This document shows, piece by piece, positions 12,089-27,540 of a DNA stretch of 64,000 bases. The notes beneath the pieces are model-generated. The model saw nothing but the letters and a program-made list of their open reading frames with translations, did not search any database and was not told where the DNA came from. A program made the translations under genes and the position numbers. The DNA is from Octopus vulgaris (taxonomy: Eukaryota): contig OX597823.1 in NCBI GenBank assembly GCA_951406725.2, positions 67,456,001 through 67,520,000 of the forward strand, written 5' to 3'. Each line of letters begins with the position of its first letter. The stretch's first letter is position 1.

Positions 12089-14314
12089 GAAAAATTATTA
12101 TTTTATTTATTTATTAAAAAATATTGTTTAAATATTTCTGATTATTTATTTAAATATTATAATTAACCTGAAGATTGACTATAACCATAATTCGAATTAT
12201 TAATTGAATTTAAATTATTGTTATTCGAATTGGTTAATAGGCATGAAACGATCGTAGTGGTTTTACTCATTATCTTATATTAAACTTTTAATACTTTTGA
12301 TAGTTATATATATATATTTAAAAATTTATAAGTATAAATTATTAATTTAAATAATTAAAAATTTTTTTTAAATTTTAACTTTAATTTAAATATTTTAAAT
12401 TTTGAATTTTATATTTTATATATTTTTTATTAATTAATTTTGTTTCTATGTATTGGTTTATGATTTTCACTGTTTGATTTGCCTAATAGTGGTTTTATCT
12501 CTAATTTAATATAATATATATATATATTTATACTATAAAATTAGATTTAATCCTAAATCTAATTTTTCCATGTAAGTCTGGATTTACAGAAAATTTAAAG
12601 AAGTGAAACAGGTAATATAAGTTACACTTCTTTTTAATGCCGTCATGTTTACAGGAGTTGCGAGTTCGAGTCCTTCGTTCAGCTTTCGACTTTTTCTATC
12701 CAAAGGATTTTAAACCCACTATTTACACTGCATTATTATAGTTTTATTTACTTGGAGATTTACCGTTACCACAAAGAATTCTTTCCTTTTTCTTCGTGTT
12801 TCTTTTTTAAACAAAAGCTAATATCAATAATAAAATCAGGTATTTCAATCCAATGCTTTCTAAATGTATTTCTATCATAATTACATGGCTAAAGGACACA
12901 AACATCTTGTTAACAGCTGTATTGCTTTTACCCAATGAAGAAACCAATAATAAAAGCATTATCGGCGTACTGATTCATTTCCTGAGAATTTAAAACACTG
13001 ATTGCTTACATTTATTAAGGATGAAAATGTAATTGGAAATGCAAACAAATCACATTTATACACTTTAAATAGAAACGAAATATATTTAGATACAAAATAT
13101 ATTGTACTTTTTTATATATTTGTAAACGCAAACATTTTTTTCAAATTTAGATAACAGCTGTAAATCCCTTGTCCCTTATCAGTTTTTCTAATTTAAAAAT
13201 GAAAATAAAATAAAATTTTTGTTGGAAATTCTAAATCTCTCATGTCAGAACAAAATAAAATGCGAGGATCGATTTTTAAAATATATAGATATGATTAAGG
13301 AAAAGAAATAGGGCGTGTAAGGACAAAAATTTATGCTTATATAAATGCCGCATTTTGTGAGACAACCAAACAAGAATTTCAGTATATGCATTTCGAGCTC
13401 TCATTGTCATTATCAGTATTAGATATCAAGTAGGACAACTTGGAAATGATTAAAAGCTTTCGTTTTCTTAAAAGAAATTAGTAAAGATCTACTACAGAGT
13501 GTTGACAAATAAACAAATTTTTCTGTCAGTTCTCAATATGTCTCAACATGTATCAAACATATTTGACTTCCAAAATAAGCTCTTTTCACTGCGGTTTGCC
13601 ATGAAAAAAATTCTCGCATCAGGCAAAAAGTGTAAAACACCAAAGTGCTTCTGGACTAATATACGCATTTCGTAAGCATGGAATACCAGCCGTTGTGGTT
13701 TCCTGAAGCTGGTGGTGTTCTACGACTCAGTAGAAGTAAGCTAACGAGATTTATTCGGACACCCAGAGATATTAACGAAAATATCTCGCTCGATATTACC
13801 GGGAGAACGGTTCTTAAATACTCATCGGAATTGGATGGATGTAAAGAGAAGGTACAAGTTCATTGAAAAATTTAAACCTCTCTAAGTGGATTACTAGATT
13901 ACAAGGTGAATTTTGGCAACTCGTAGCAGGATTTTTGTTTGTTTGTTTTGATTGCTAATGGTGTAAGTAATCCGTATTTTCATGAGGATTGCAGTGCAGA
14001 CCAGTAATTAGTGATTTGCACAGACAATGTAGATAGGATCATTAAACCAAGCCCCGCATATTGAAAGTGTCGATTCGAATGTGGAAAGCTTATATGAACT
14101 GGATTAGCATTCTTGATATTCGAAATTTATTGAGAATGACTGTAAAGATGAAGTGGGAGCTGAAAAGAGTCTGAGTAGAATCGGTAAGATCAGTAAAAAG
14201 CTTTCGACATACGTGTGGAGTTAATAGCTAACTCAAAAGTGGTTGAGGTAATTTAATTTTTATTAGCCCTTTGATAGTCACTGCTTTAAATATATTGATT
14301 TCAAATTTTGATCA

Positions 14315-14682
14315 AAGACCAGTAATTTTGGGGAAGGGATTAAGTCGATTACATAGACCCCAGTGACCAACTGGTACTTATTTAATCGACCTCGAAAGGA
14401 TAAAAAGCAAAGTCGACCTCGGCGGAATTTGAATTCAGAACGTAAAGATGGACGAAATACCTATTTCTTTACTACCCACAAGGGGCTAAATACAGAGCGG
14501 ACAAACAAACGGATTAAGTCGATTATATCGATCCCAGTGCGTAACTGGTACTTAATTTATCGACCCCGAAAGGATGAAAGGCAAAGTCGACCTCGGCGGA
14601 ATTTGAACTCAGAACTTAACGACAGACGAAATACCACTAAGCATTTCGCCCGGCATGCTAACATTTCTGCCAGCTCGCCGTC
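14315..14682 (-). mobile_element. Family B SINE dimer
   Basis: Two reverse-complement cores CGACCCCGAAAGGATGAAAGGCAAAGTCGACCTCGGCGGAATTTGAAC; same dimer organisation as 7203-7601. Confidence 0.88.
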
Positions 14683-15729
14683 TTCACTGCATTAATTAAA
14701 TCAAAATCAATATGACTAATATTCAAGTCTTGTCTTGAGATTAATTATTTTTTTAATGCAGATTCCCTCAGAGCTAAAGTACTTCTATTACAGGCTCGGT
14801 TTTAAATTGTAAAATAAAAGAATTAACACCAGTTATTTCACCCGCCAATGGGGGAGCCTCTATACTAGCCCGTGTCCTGCTGGAAATAGCAGTCCAGTTG
14901 CTCTCAAAGTACGCCTTTTACTTTTTTAAGTACCAGGAAGTACATATCGGAATAATATAGACCTACAAACAATATGTGGGAATAAAAGTTGAGCTGGTCA
15001 TGGCTGACCATATTTGATTATAGGCCTGCTTGATCAAGGTAGATATGGAGAGGGACCTTGCAAGTAAACAATAACAGTGAGTATTATAATAGTTTCTGAC
15101 AGGTGATAAAATTATTTTCTATCTACTATGAATTCAAATTTCCTAACAACCTACCCAAGTATCTACTTTTCGCCATCTGCCGCTTCCTTTTCTGTTCATA
15201 TTATCTTGCTACACACACACATGCGTACACACAATATGGCTGACATTTTCATTTATCTTGCCTTACAGCCAACACGTATCGTGCTGTCTTCTGTCAATAT
15301 TTGCTTTAACAAGGCTTATTCTAACCACTTGTTCTTGTTCAGAGATAATTCAAAGTTTCTGTTTCTTTCTTTAGCCTTCCTTCGTTCAGCCAATTTCACT
15401 GTTATCTTTACAGTATCTCCTGTTTCCTTGACAGGCTCTTCATGTAAAACATTTCATTTCCCCCTGCTCTCGTTTTCCTTTCGCATATAATCTTTTTTTC
15501 TCCTGATTCGATTCACTCACCATTGATCTTCTTGTCTGTAAGTCGGAAGGTAAATAGAATTGATCTATCGTTGAATTTCACTCCACTGTAAGCCCATATA
15601 TGCTTTTAATATAGGCAACGTTATTGCAAGCTGGAGAATCAAGTGTTCTGTTTTAACCCGTTAACTGCGAAATTAAATTTCGTGGATATTCCATTAGTGG
15701 TATTAAATATCTACCGAAAAAATAGAAGT

Positions 15730-15947
15730 TTCTTTTATTTATTTCAGTCATATGACTGCGGCCATAGTGAAGCACCGACTTAAAGGGTTCTTTTAGTCCA
15801 AGAAATCGCCCCCACCCTAGGATTTATTCGTTGTAAATATAGTACTTATTCTATCGGTCTCTTTTGCAGGAACGGTACGTTACGGGAACGTAAACGCACC
15901 AACAGCGGTTGTAAAGTGATGAGGACCCAGTCAAGAAGACACACATA

Positions 15948-15997
<50 letters not shown>

Positions 15998-16171
15998 CAT
16001 ATCTTACAACTTCACTTTGTTATAAATATATATACATTATTTAAAAGCAGGAGAAATATAACAACAGCTTTTGTTATATTTCTGCTACTTTTAAATAAAG
16101 CATATTACTCTACCTCTGGTATTTGAATACACTTTTTCTACCTTGTTTCACATTTACGTACTTACTCCGGT

Positions 16172-16259
<88 letters not shown>

Positions 16260-16427
16260 CGAGGAGCTTCTTTCTGTTTCCTCTACCAATTCCACTCACA
16301 AGGCTTTGGTCAGCCCGAGGCTATAGTAGAAGACACTTGCTTAAGGTGCCACGCAGTGGGTCTGAACCCGGAACCATGTGGTTGGTGTTGTGAAGCAAGC
16401 TTCTTACCACACAGCCACGTCTGTGCA
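15730..16427 (-). mobile_element. Family C SINE (head 16259-16427, tail 15730-15920) separated by microsatellite and other sequence
   Basis: Reverse complement of GTGGCTGTGTGGTAAGAAGCTTG..CCTTAAGCAAGTGTCTTCTACTATAGCCTCGGGCTGACC; tail matches 53805-53990. Confidence 0.75.
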
Positions 16428-17053
16428 TTTTCTGTAAGTTACGTTGCCTCAATAAACACGACATATCTCAAAAACAAACAACATGACATTCCTCAACAAA
16501 AGATCGCTATATAAAACTGCTTTCAGCAATTATGGGAAATGACATTTTGAGTGGATTTAATTGCTGCAATAAAATAGTGAAGATAACATGGCGGTGAAAT
16601 GACTTCAATATTCGAACATAAGACAAAATGCCTGACAAATCACTGCATATGAAGCACAAATCCCGCTGAGGCTAAATTTGACATACAACCTTTCAGAAGC
16701 GGTAATCTAAAATACCAGTACAAAGTGGTACCTCAGCGCTGTGTGTGCGTACCTCCATGTGTATTGGCCCTCTGTCACTTTTGTTGATGTGGGTTCAGTT
16801 GTTCGATCAACTGAATTACCCGCTCGTCTTAATTGGCATATAGGATGAGTGTAACATAGGATGCAACAAGGTTGTTGCCAACTCAAGTCGCAAAATGTGG
16901 ATCGACCTGAGGAACACGAGGTTGCGAGTCGAACTCCTTCAACATTTAGCGCTAATGCGCTTCTTTTGTACACACACACACACACATACACACACACACA
17001 CACACACACATACACGTATATGTATGTATGCGTACATACATATATATATATAC

Positions 17054-17097
<44 letters not shown>

Positions 17098-17106
17098 GTA
17101 TATACG

Positions 17107-17335
17107 TTTCTTTACTACCCACAAGGGGCTAAACATAGAGGGGACAAACAAGGACAGACACACGGAATAAGTCGATTACATCGACCCCAGTGCGTAACTG
17201 GTACTTTATTTATCGACCCCGAAAGGATGAAAGGCAAAGTCGACCTCGGCGGAATTTGAACTCAGAACGTAGCGACGGGCGAAATACCGCGAAGCACTTC
17301 GCCCGGCGTGCTAACGTCTCTGCCAGCTCGCCGCC
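17107..17335 (-). mobile_element. Family B SINE, young copy
   Basis: Near-identical to the reverse complement of 7201-7430. Confidence 0.9.
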
Positions 17336-17374
17336 TGTATATGTACGTATATACATATGTGTATGTGTGCGTGT

Positions 17375-17712
17375 GAAGGCACGTGGATCAGTGGTTAGAG
17401 CGTGAGGTTCACAATCATGAGGCAAGTTCGATTCTCGGCCCGAGCTGTATGATGTGCTCCTGATCAAAACACATTATTTCATGTTGCTCCATTTCACTCA
17501 GCTGTAGAAATTAGTTGCGATGTCACTAGTGCCAAGCTGTATCAGTCATTGCCTTCCCATTGGATAACATCCGTGGCGTGAAGAGGGTAGGTTGGTATGC
17601 ATGGGTGACAGCTGGTCATCTGTAAACAACCTTGCCCTGACTTGTGCCTCGTAGGTTAACTTTCTAGGTGTCTTCCCATAGTTATTCATGACCGAAGGGT
17701 TTCTTTGTCCTT
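17375..17712 (+). mobile_element. Family D tRNA-derived SINE
   Basis: GAAGGCACGTGGATCAGTGGTTAGAGCG A box, GTTCGATTC B box, central CACTCAGCTGTAGAAA; related minus copies at 31690-32075, 42485-42780 and 63075-63280. Confidence 0.8.
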
Positions 17713-17769
<57 letters not shown>

Positions 17770-17976
17770 TTTAAAATGTTTCACCCCGAAGCCTGCGGCC
17801 ATATGCATATTTTTATAATTCCAAGCGGTATATAACTGGTCAGAATATTACCGACAGTTTCACGCTTAGTAATACTGCACTCAAGATTATTGACGACTCT
17901 TCAGACATGCTAAGGACCGCATCATTTATATGTCTAGTTCTGACACCCAGCAGAGAAACGACCACCAGAAAATCTA

Positions 17977-18600
17977 CTGGTGTGCCCCAATGTAAAAATC
18001 CCCGTGGGAAGTGACTTCCTTAGAAAAGTGCATAAGCATTTTACACATGACCACACGTATGGGAAATTATTAAATAGGCATAATTTAAGGGTGTTGTTCA
18101 GCTATGCACCTAAAATCAAAAAAGATATCAGAGGACATTCTAAGGCTCGGCGCTGAGGCAGGATGCTCATGTAAGGTTAATAGTCTGTATCCAGTAAATG
18201 GTTAATGCAACGCAGGGTCTGTGTTCAATGCAGCAGAAGTGGTGTCGCCAAAAACAACAGAGGGACAAACCCACAGAAATATGTTGATGTAACAAAGAGC
18301 CTCTTTAAGGTCTGACTAAATAATCACAGATCCGTTTTTTAGAATCGAAAAGAGGCGCCATGTTACAACGTTTTCCATCTATATGTGGTGATTAAAAGAG
18401 GAAGTAACGAACTATAAAATTTATAGGATACTGCTAGAACTACTTGGACCTTATCTGAATGGAAATAGATGTTGCAAGTTTTTCTTGGCCGAAAGGTGAG
18501 TCATTAAAAAATATCCACACGATTCGAATACATTACTGAACTCAAACTCAAAAAGCAAAATATTTCGCTGCTGCCTTCATGAACGGAAATACGTTTTGGT
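17977..18600 (+). mobile_element. Penelope-like retroelement remnant: RT-EN linker and GIY-YIG endonuclease (disrupted)
   Basis: Hand translation: VKIPVGSDFLRKVHKHFTHDHTYGKLLNRHNLRVLFSYAPKIKKDIRGH..PVNG*CNAGSVFNAAEV..KYVDVTKSLFKV*LNNHRSVF..YMW*LK..GPYLNGNRCCKFFLAER..LLNS..CLHERKYVL. This follows the Penelope pattern CPLNGxC..YIG.T..FK.R..NH..F..CxLCL.EK..LN..CRH. Confidence 0.82.
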
Positions 18601-18664
18601 AACGTCGTCGTCCCTATTTTCAGAGTATCGAACGAAAGATATGTACACACATAGGTCTATATAA

Positions 18665-20152
<1,488 letters not shown>

Positions 20153-20205
20153 ATCCCCATGATAGCTCGCTAGCCACTACACATTCTTTATTTTCTCTTC
20201 TTGTT

Positions 20206-20243
20206 TCTTTCTGTGGAAGAGCATAGGCTCGAAACGTTAAAGA
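20206..20243 (+). ncRNA. Variant minimal hammerhead-ribozyme-like motif in a short repeat (20153-20332)
   Basis: TCTTT-CTGTGGA-A-GAGC(ATAG)GCTC-GAAA-CG-TT-AAAGA: stems I and II pair; core differs from CUGANGA at A6. Confidence 0.45.
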
Positions 20244-20608
20244 CTTTTTCACTTCCTGAACGTTAAACTAATACATCTGTTTGTTGTCTACACCACCTGT
20301 CTTCGTCTTTTTTTGTGTGTGTGAATCGTCCCTATATATACATATAGACACCCTCAGCAGACTACCGGTAACCTTCTGACCATTTATATGCTGTGACCAG
20401 AAATATACTGTTCGACAATATATAAATATAACTGCCGTATTTCTCTTTTAAAGTGAGTTTGTTTTTCTTTTCTGACTTGTGTTCAATTTACTGATAACAT
20501 AAGCTTATACTTTTAGCCATTTCATATATTCTCTCTCTCCCTCTGTCTCTATGTCTGTCTGTCTCTCTCTCACACACCCATGCGCATATATATGTACATA
20601 TTTAGCTA

Positions 20609-20651
<43 letters not shown>

Positions 20652-20959
20652 GCCTTTATATATAAAGATATCAAAAATGTGTGTGTGTATGTGTGCAAAC
20701 ATATGTATATAGCTATCTATATGCATATATATATATATATATATAAATAAATACATATATATTTTCGCACTCATATATACATTATTTATTCATCTACCAC
20801 AAACGCACATCACATACACACACACACACACACTTGTACAAACAGGTTTAGATTTCTCTGATATACACAGAATTGTGTGATTAGGGATTCCAAAATTCAT
20901 GAAAGAACTCAAAATGTTTGGAATAAAGTATGTTTTCTCTGTAATGTATGATGTGTGTG

Positions 20960-20997
<38 letters not shown>

Positions 20998-21455
20998 TTA
21001 TGTTTCCATATGTGTGTAGGTAGGTCTTTTACATTTGCAAATAAATGATTATACATATACATGAGTATGAATTTTAGTATGTACAATTCTGCATATACAA
21101 ATGTATATCATATTAAATATTGTGTCTCTTGTATAGATGTATTTACATACACGTACATATATTAAATATACACATAGTCACGTGTGAGTCTTTTCTGAGT
21201 AAATGTGTTTGTGTGTATGTGTGTGTAATCACAGATATGATATCTGGGGAGTTTTATGTCGTTGATTTTTTTTCTTTCGTTTTTTTTTTTTTGTTCTGTG
21301 TGCGTCTTTTGCTGTATATTTCTGTATATGCACATATGCACAAGATCAAAACATCACTGTCATTCGGAGAGAAATATATAAATATATAACATGAAAACAT
21401 GTACCGATATCTTTATATTTACACACACACACACACACATATCTATCTATATATA

Positions 21456-21495
<40 letters not shown>

Positions 21496-21581
21496 CATAC
21501 ATAGATATAGATATGTGTGTGTATCTATCTATACGATATATAGATATAAATATAGATATGTATGAATAAATAAATATATAC

Positions 21582-21622
<41 letters not shown>

Positions 21623-22715
21623 TATATATACGTGTGTGTGTGTGGTGTGCGGTAATAGAAAAATGGTAATAGGAGATAGTCTTACGTTCCACTGAGATCT
21701 AAGAGAGTAAAGGGTTTCCTAGAAACCAATAGAATTTGGTAAGAATTACTCATGCACATATTCAAACAGGTTAAGTTCTCTTTGAGAGACATATCCCAAT
21801 AGAAAATGGGGGAAAAAATAAAATAAAAGAAATAAAGTGATCAAAAAGTTTTTTTCTATAATATCTTCAGTTAATATTTTCCACACAGGAAGGATGTCCG
21901 CCTTTGCTCTTCCACTCAGCAGTAGTGTAATGAGAAACACGTAGTTTTTTTAAAGTTTTTTTTTTGTTGATATTTTTGCATTTGACTTATTTATATATCT
22001 GCATTTATGACTGTAGAGTTCGGTTGGCAGAATTACTAAAGCCTCAGGTAGACACTTTGCAATAATAGTTCTAGTTATTTTTAAGTTCAAATCCTACTGA
22101 TGGTAACTTTACCTTTCATCCTTCTGGGTTCGATTAATAAAGTACCAATCAAGAAACACATTTAATTTCTCAGCTATGCTGTCCTGTGGGAGTCATTATG
22201 CTACAATCTCTTCTCATCCAACATTTTCTATATTAAACCAGGCGATGTGCTAAGACTACCGCAAAAGAACATGTTTACACAGTTCTTTCGACCCATTATC
22301 ATACGCAAGTCTATGGTAAAAGATATTTGCTAACAGTGCCACACTAGATTATGATATAGAAACATTCAATTATAAAATCTAATGCCTTAGCCAGACAACC
22401 ATTATAAAAAGTAGACAAATCTTTATCAAATCAGATTCAACCATCATCATTTAACGTTGTATTCCATGCTAGAGTGGGTTAGACAGTTTGAATTGAGTGA
22501 ATCACAAGATTGTATCAAGCCTCATGTCAGCTTTGGTATAGTTTCTATGGCTGGTTTCCCTTCTTAATACCAACCACTTTACGGAATGTACTGGATGCTT
22601 TTCACATGGCACCAGCAGTGCTGAGGTCACCAAGTAACTTGCAGGATAAGACACCAAGTAACTTGCCAGAGGAGCAGTATTGTGGAACAGAAAAAGTGTC
22701 TTCCATTAAAGGAGA

Positions 22716-23030
22716 CGCGTAGCTACCTATGGAGACGGTTGTCCAGGCGCTTGTCCAAACGGTTCTCTTCTATGGTTGTGAGACCTGCGCGTTGCCGATC
22801 TCCAGAAGCTGGAGGTCTTCGATTGCTTCTGTATTCGTCGTCTACTCCGACTGCGCTCTACCACCTCTTGATGGAACTCTTCTAACCAGGAGACTACAGT
22901 GGTTTGGTCATGCGTTGACGAACGCGTCCGGAAGACAATAGCACCAGATCTTCCCACCAGGTTGGCGTAAGCGGAGCGGTAGTCAGCTGAAGACGTGGCT
23001 CACAACAGTTAAAGCAGGTATAGAGTTCGT
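22716..23030 (+). mobile_element. RTE-clade LINE fragment (post-RT region)
   Basis: QALVQTVLFYGCET and RRLQWFGH match the RTE motifs VLLYGCETW and RRLRWFGH; frameshifted. Confidence 0.75.
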
Positions 23031-23108
23031 TTCCAGCTCTCAGGGTGACCAATACTTGTGAGGGAAATCTGATTAACAGAAATTGTTCAGTTGTCCATTG
23101 TGTGACTG

Positions 23109-23145
<37 letters not shown>

Positions 23146-23308
23146 TGCGTGCATGCATGGCCGTATGGTTCAGCAGTTCAGTTCACAACTCCAGGGTTTC
23201 CAGTTCAGTGCTGTTGCAGGACTAAGGGACAAATGTTCTCTACGATAGCCCCAGGCAACCAATGCCTTATAAGTGAATTTGATAGATAGAAACTGTGCAG
23301 AAGCCCAT

Positions 23309-23337
<29 letters not shown>

Positions 23338-23339
<2 letters not shown>

Positions 23340-23735
23340 CATCATCATCATCATCATCGTTTAGCGTCCGTTTTCCATGCTAGCATGGGTTGGACGGTTC
23401 TACTGGGGTCTGTGAAGCCAGAAGGCTTCATCAGGCCCAGTCAAATCTGGCAGCGTTTCTACGGCTGGATGCCCTTCCTAACGCCAACCACTCCGTGAGT
23501 GTAGTGGGTGCTTTTTACGTGCCACCCGCACTGGTGCCAGACAGAGCTGGCAAACGGCCACGAACGGATGGTGCTTTTTATGTGCCACCGGCACGAGGGC
23601 CAGGCGAGGCTGGCAACGGACACGAAACGGGGCGGTGCTGGCAACGGTCGCGAAACGGAAAGTTCTCTTACATGCCACCGGCACTGGTAACACATCTGCA
23701 ATTTCCATTGATCGATTTCGATTCTGATATATATA
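23338..23735 (-). mobile_element. Family E retroposon 3' end with (ATG)n tail and internal GTGCTTTTTACGTGCCACC repeats
   Basis: CATCATCGTTTAGCGTCCGTTTTCCATGCTAGCATGGGTTGGACGG..GGATGCCCTTCCTAACGCCAACC. Related copies near 22440, 26755, 31515, 33500, 35500-35960, 37075-37375, 48100, 53075 and 56265-56760. Confidence 0.8.
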
Positions 23736-24399
23736 TATAAGATTACTGTGTGTGTGTGTGTGTGCAGACATGTTTATACACTTTTGTATTTCTTTCTCTC
23801 CGCTTGAAAACCAGTGTAGGTTTGTCTACATTCCCGTATCTTGACAATTCGATAAAAATTACATCATAAGATTAAGCTGTGGACTTAAAATAAATACTGA
23901 GATCAACATGATTAACTAAGTTCAATTCTCCAGTGTTGTACTCCAGCATGGCCATAGTTCAATGACTAAAACAAGTACATATAAAACAAAAAGGCCGTTG
24001 TAGTGCTATACACTATGACATACATGGCATAACGTGATGTAACATATCATATTTGCATCTTTCAAACAAATCAACATTGGCTGTAAACATCAGCGAAAAT
24101 CTAATGATTTCCAATGAAGTTCACTGAACTACAGGTGCTCTCTTATCACTTTCACCTTCAGAAATGCAGTGAACTAGTAGTGGTTGGCCAACTTGAAACC
24201 TGTAAGCAATGACACTGTTGTTCACAAATAGAAATATTTGATAGTGAGGTGAAACAAAGGCAGAGAGAGAGGGGGGGGGATGATGATGATGATGGTGGTG
24301 GTGGTTGTTGTTTTGGTGGTGGTGAATTGAAAGGTGTACTCAAACTGAAATATATATTGGCTCTGATCCATTGTCTTGGCTTATATGTTATCAACAATG

Positions 24400-24832
24400 T
24401 AGTTTTCAGAGTATGCCACGTTGCATTAAAATTTTACCCCCAAGAAATTTTACATCTAAAATAATTTTTTTTTTTACTATAAATTTTTTGTTTTCTAGGT
24501 ATGAAATTGTGAACATGTAAATATTAAAATGTAATTTTTTTTTTGTTGTTGTTGAAGAGGAAAATGGAAAAGTAAGAGTGAATATTTATTCTATGAGTAC
24601 TGTGCATTAACTCTATAAAATTGTGCATAAAGTATATGAAATGTATATATAAAGTGAATTAAGTAATCGCCGCATTTGAATTTCCTTTACTTTTCAATGA
24701 ATAGTACATGAGCGACTATCTTTTGATACGGACACAACACAGGCTATACTTACAGGTTTTTCAGATAAAGTTTTCAGAAATAACCCAATAAGTCTACTAT
24801 TAAGCCCGTGAAATATTCACGGGTCCTGCTAG
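24400..24832 (+). mobile_element. Non-autonomous Helitron (3' end clear, 5' end approximate)
   Basis: Hairpin CCCGTGAAATATTCACGGG followed by TCCTGCTAG|T. Confidence 0.65.
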
Positions 24833-25955
24833 TCTAAATACATACATAAATAAACGAACAAGAATCAGTAGTTTTTTTCTACTGTATCCAACTAACTAGA
24901 AATAACAATTAATGTTATAAAGCTGATTCATTAGCTCAGTGATGTATAATGAAGTATATCTCTTGGTGATTAATTTCTTATTCCTGAGGAGTAAACTTTG
25001 AACTGTGATCTTGGCTGCACTAAAGCAAAATGAGACTATTTTTTGGTCAAATAGGGCAGCTTCACTTGTTAAATGCATATATGATGCTGCTTTTTTAATA
25101 ACTTTTATTCATTCCACTTGTTTCAGTCATTTGACAATGTTCATGCTGGGATACAACCTTGAAGGGTCAAACAAATCAACTCCAGAATTTACTTGATGTT
25201 AAGCCTAGTATGTATTCTATCGAATCTTTTGCTGAACTGCTAAGTTGCAGGGACATAAACACAGCAATGTCAGTTGCCAAGTAGTGGTGGCAGTGGTGGA
25301 GGGATATACAGAGACACACAGACTTCTTTCAGTTTCTGTCAACTAAATCCACTCAGAAGGCTTTGGTTGGTCTGCGGATATAGTAGGAGACACTTGCTTA
25401 AAATGACTTGCAGTGGAACTGAACCTGGAACTATATCACTGGAAAGCAAACATCTAACCACACAGCCACACTTGCACCTATATAGAGAAAGGTTTTAAGA
25501 ATAAAATTTATTCCAGAACAAAAAATTCACAGTTGCACACAGACATGTGTTTGTATATCTTTCTGTGTACATGTGAATGTGCATGTACACATGTATGTGT
25601 GTGTGTGTGTGTGTATATACGTGCTTCCATTATGGCTATTATCTTTTTGTCTGGTTTCAATGACCATGCTGGCTGGGTGACTTAACTTTCTTACTGTAAC
25701 TTCCTGAGGAATAGTTTTTCATCCAGATATGATGTTTATATATATATTTTTAATATTTAGTATTTTAACTTTTTACAGTTTTCCTTGCAATATATTTTTC
25801 CATTTCATTTTGACTCATGTACCAGTTATGTTGGTATGTTTCTATGTAGCATTGAAATTCTTGTATTTGAAGCTCTAGATACCAGCAACTGGACTGGCTG
25901 GTATTGTCTTTGGATATCTTCATGGCTTCAACACCAGGCAGCTACAGTAGAAATA

Positions 25956-25992
<37 letters not shown>

Positions 25993-26493
25993 AATATATA
26001 TATATAAATATATATATATACACACACAAATATATATAAATATATATGTATATATAAATATATATATACACAAATATATATATATATATACATATATACA
26101 AATATATATATATATACACACACTTATCCCAGGTTAAGCTTCAGTAATGGTCTGTCTATATACACACACATACATATATATATATACATATATATGTAAT
26201 GTTTCATATTTTTCTTCTTTCATAGTTGTCTTCTAATACTGCTAATACTACTTTGACATTTTCAACCGTTACCCCTACCACATCTACCTGAGGTTGGTTA
26301 TTGCCCCTCTCAACACACACAACTATATAAACACATATTTGAAAAATTTATGAGTCTACATTTGTCTTCCTTCTCTCTCTTAGCTTTTCATTTCTCAATC
26401 AAACTCACTTCTTAGTTTCTCTATTTTTTTCTTTTTTGTTTTTTTTTTCGTAATTCTGCAAGTTTTACTTTCATAGATGACGTTAGACCCAAC

Positions 26494-26660
26494 ATGATAC
26501 AAAAATGGAGATACTTGGAAAAGTTCCATCAAAAACTGGCACGAATATCGAAACAACTCAGATTCTTCTATAGATGAGATCTAAAGCTGGTTCCACCTGG
26601 TTTAACTTTCAAATCGCTAGTCTATTCCAGAGAGGAGCATGACGGGTGTCAGAAAAAGTA
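26494..26660 (+). mobile_element. Penelope-like ORF N-terminal remnant
   Basis: MIQKWRYLEKFHQKLARISKQLRFFYR*DLKLVPPGLTFK resembles the Penelope N-terminal LEK..KLA....LRFL.RC....L.P.GL.K pattern. Confidence 0.55.
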
Positions 26661-27326
26661 ATCATAATCACAGGCTAAAATGACAGGTACAAAATGAACT
26701 CCTCAAATAACTTTCAACAGGGATGAGAAACAGAATCCAACAACAATTATCAACATCATCATCGTTTTTACATCCACTTTTCCTTGCATGCATGGGTCAG
26801 GCAGAATCTTCTTGAGGTAGAGTTTTTTTTATAGTTGGATGCCCTTCCTGTTGCCAACCCTCACCTACTTCCATTTAAAGCAATATTTCCCCATAAACAA
26901 AAAAGACGTTTCCATAGAACATTGCATGGCGGTGACATTCATTTACCACTATCACATGATGTCAAGGTAAGAGATAGACACACATACATACACACAATGT
27001 GTGTGTATGTGTGTCTGGGTTTCACAGCAGAAGACACTTGCCCAAGGTGCCACACAGAGGAATTGAACCCAAAACCATATGCTTAGGAAGTGAATTTCTT
27101 ACCACACAGCCATGCCAGGGCCAATATTTGGATAAAGGTTTTATTAGATCAAAGCATGTCAAATATGAAAAATAGAGTACTTGAAAGATTGTAGTACAGA
27201 GTACATTAAGGATCAGTAAACACCAAGTACCTCTGAGTATCGTATTCTTTTACTTATTTCAGTCATTTGACTACAGCCAGAGGTTTTAATCAAAGAAATC
27301 AACCCCAGAAGGGTTGATTTCTTTGA

Positions 27327-27540
27327 AGCTGGCAGAAACGTTAGCACGTCGGGTGAAATGCTTAGCAGTATTTCGTCTGCCATTACGTTCTGAGTTCAAA
27401 TTCTGCCTTTGCCTTTCATCCTTTCGGGGTCGATAAATTAAGTACCAGTTAAGCACTGAGGTTGATGTAATCGACTTAATCCCTTTGTCTGTCCTTGTTT
27501 GTCCTCTCTATGTTTAGCCCCTTGTGAGCAATAAAGAAAT
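27327..27540 (+). mobile_element. Family B SINE nested in a family C tail, 17-bp TSD
   Basis: AAGAAATCAACCCCAGA at 27293-27309 and 27541-27557. Confidence 0.88.

Noticed and set aside
12100-12560. Extremely AT-rich block as a mitochondrial insertion
   Set aside because: No recognisable mitochondrial gene, rRNA or tRNA; BLAST against the mitogenome would be needed.
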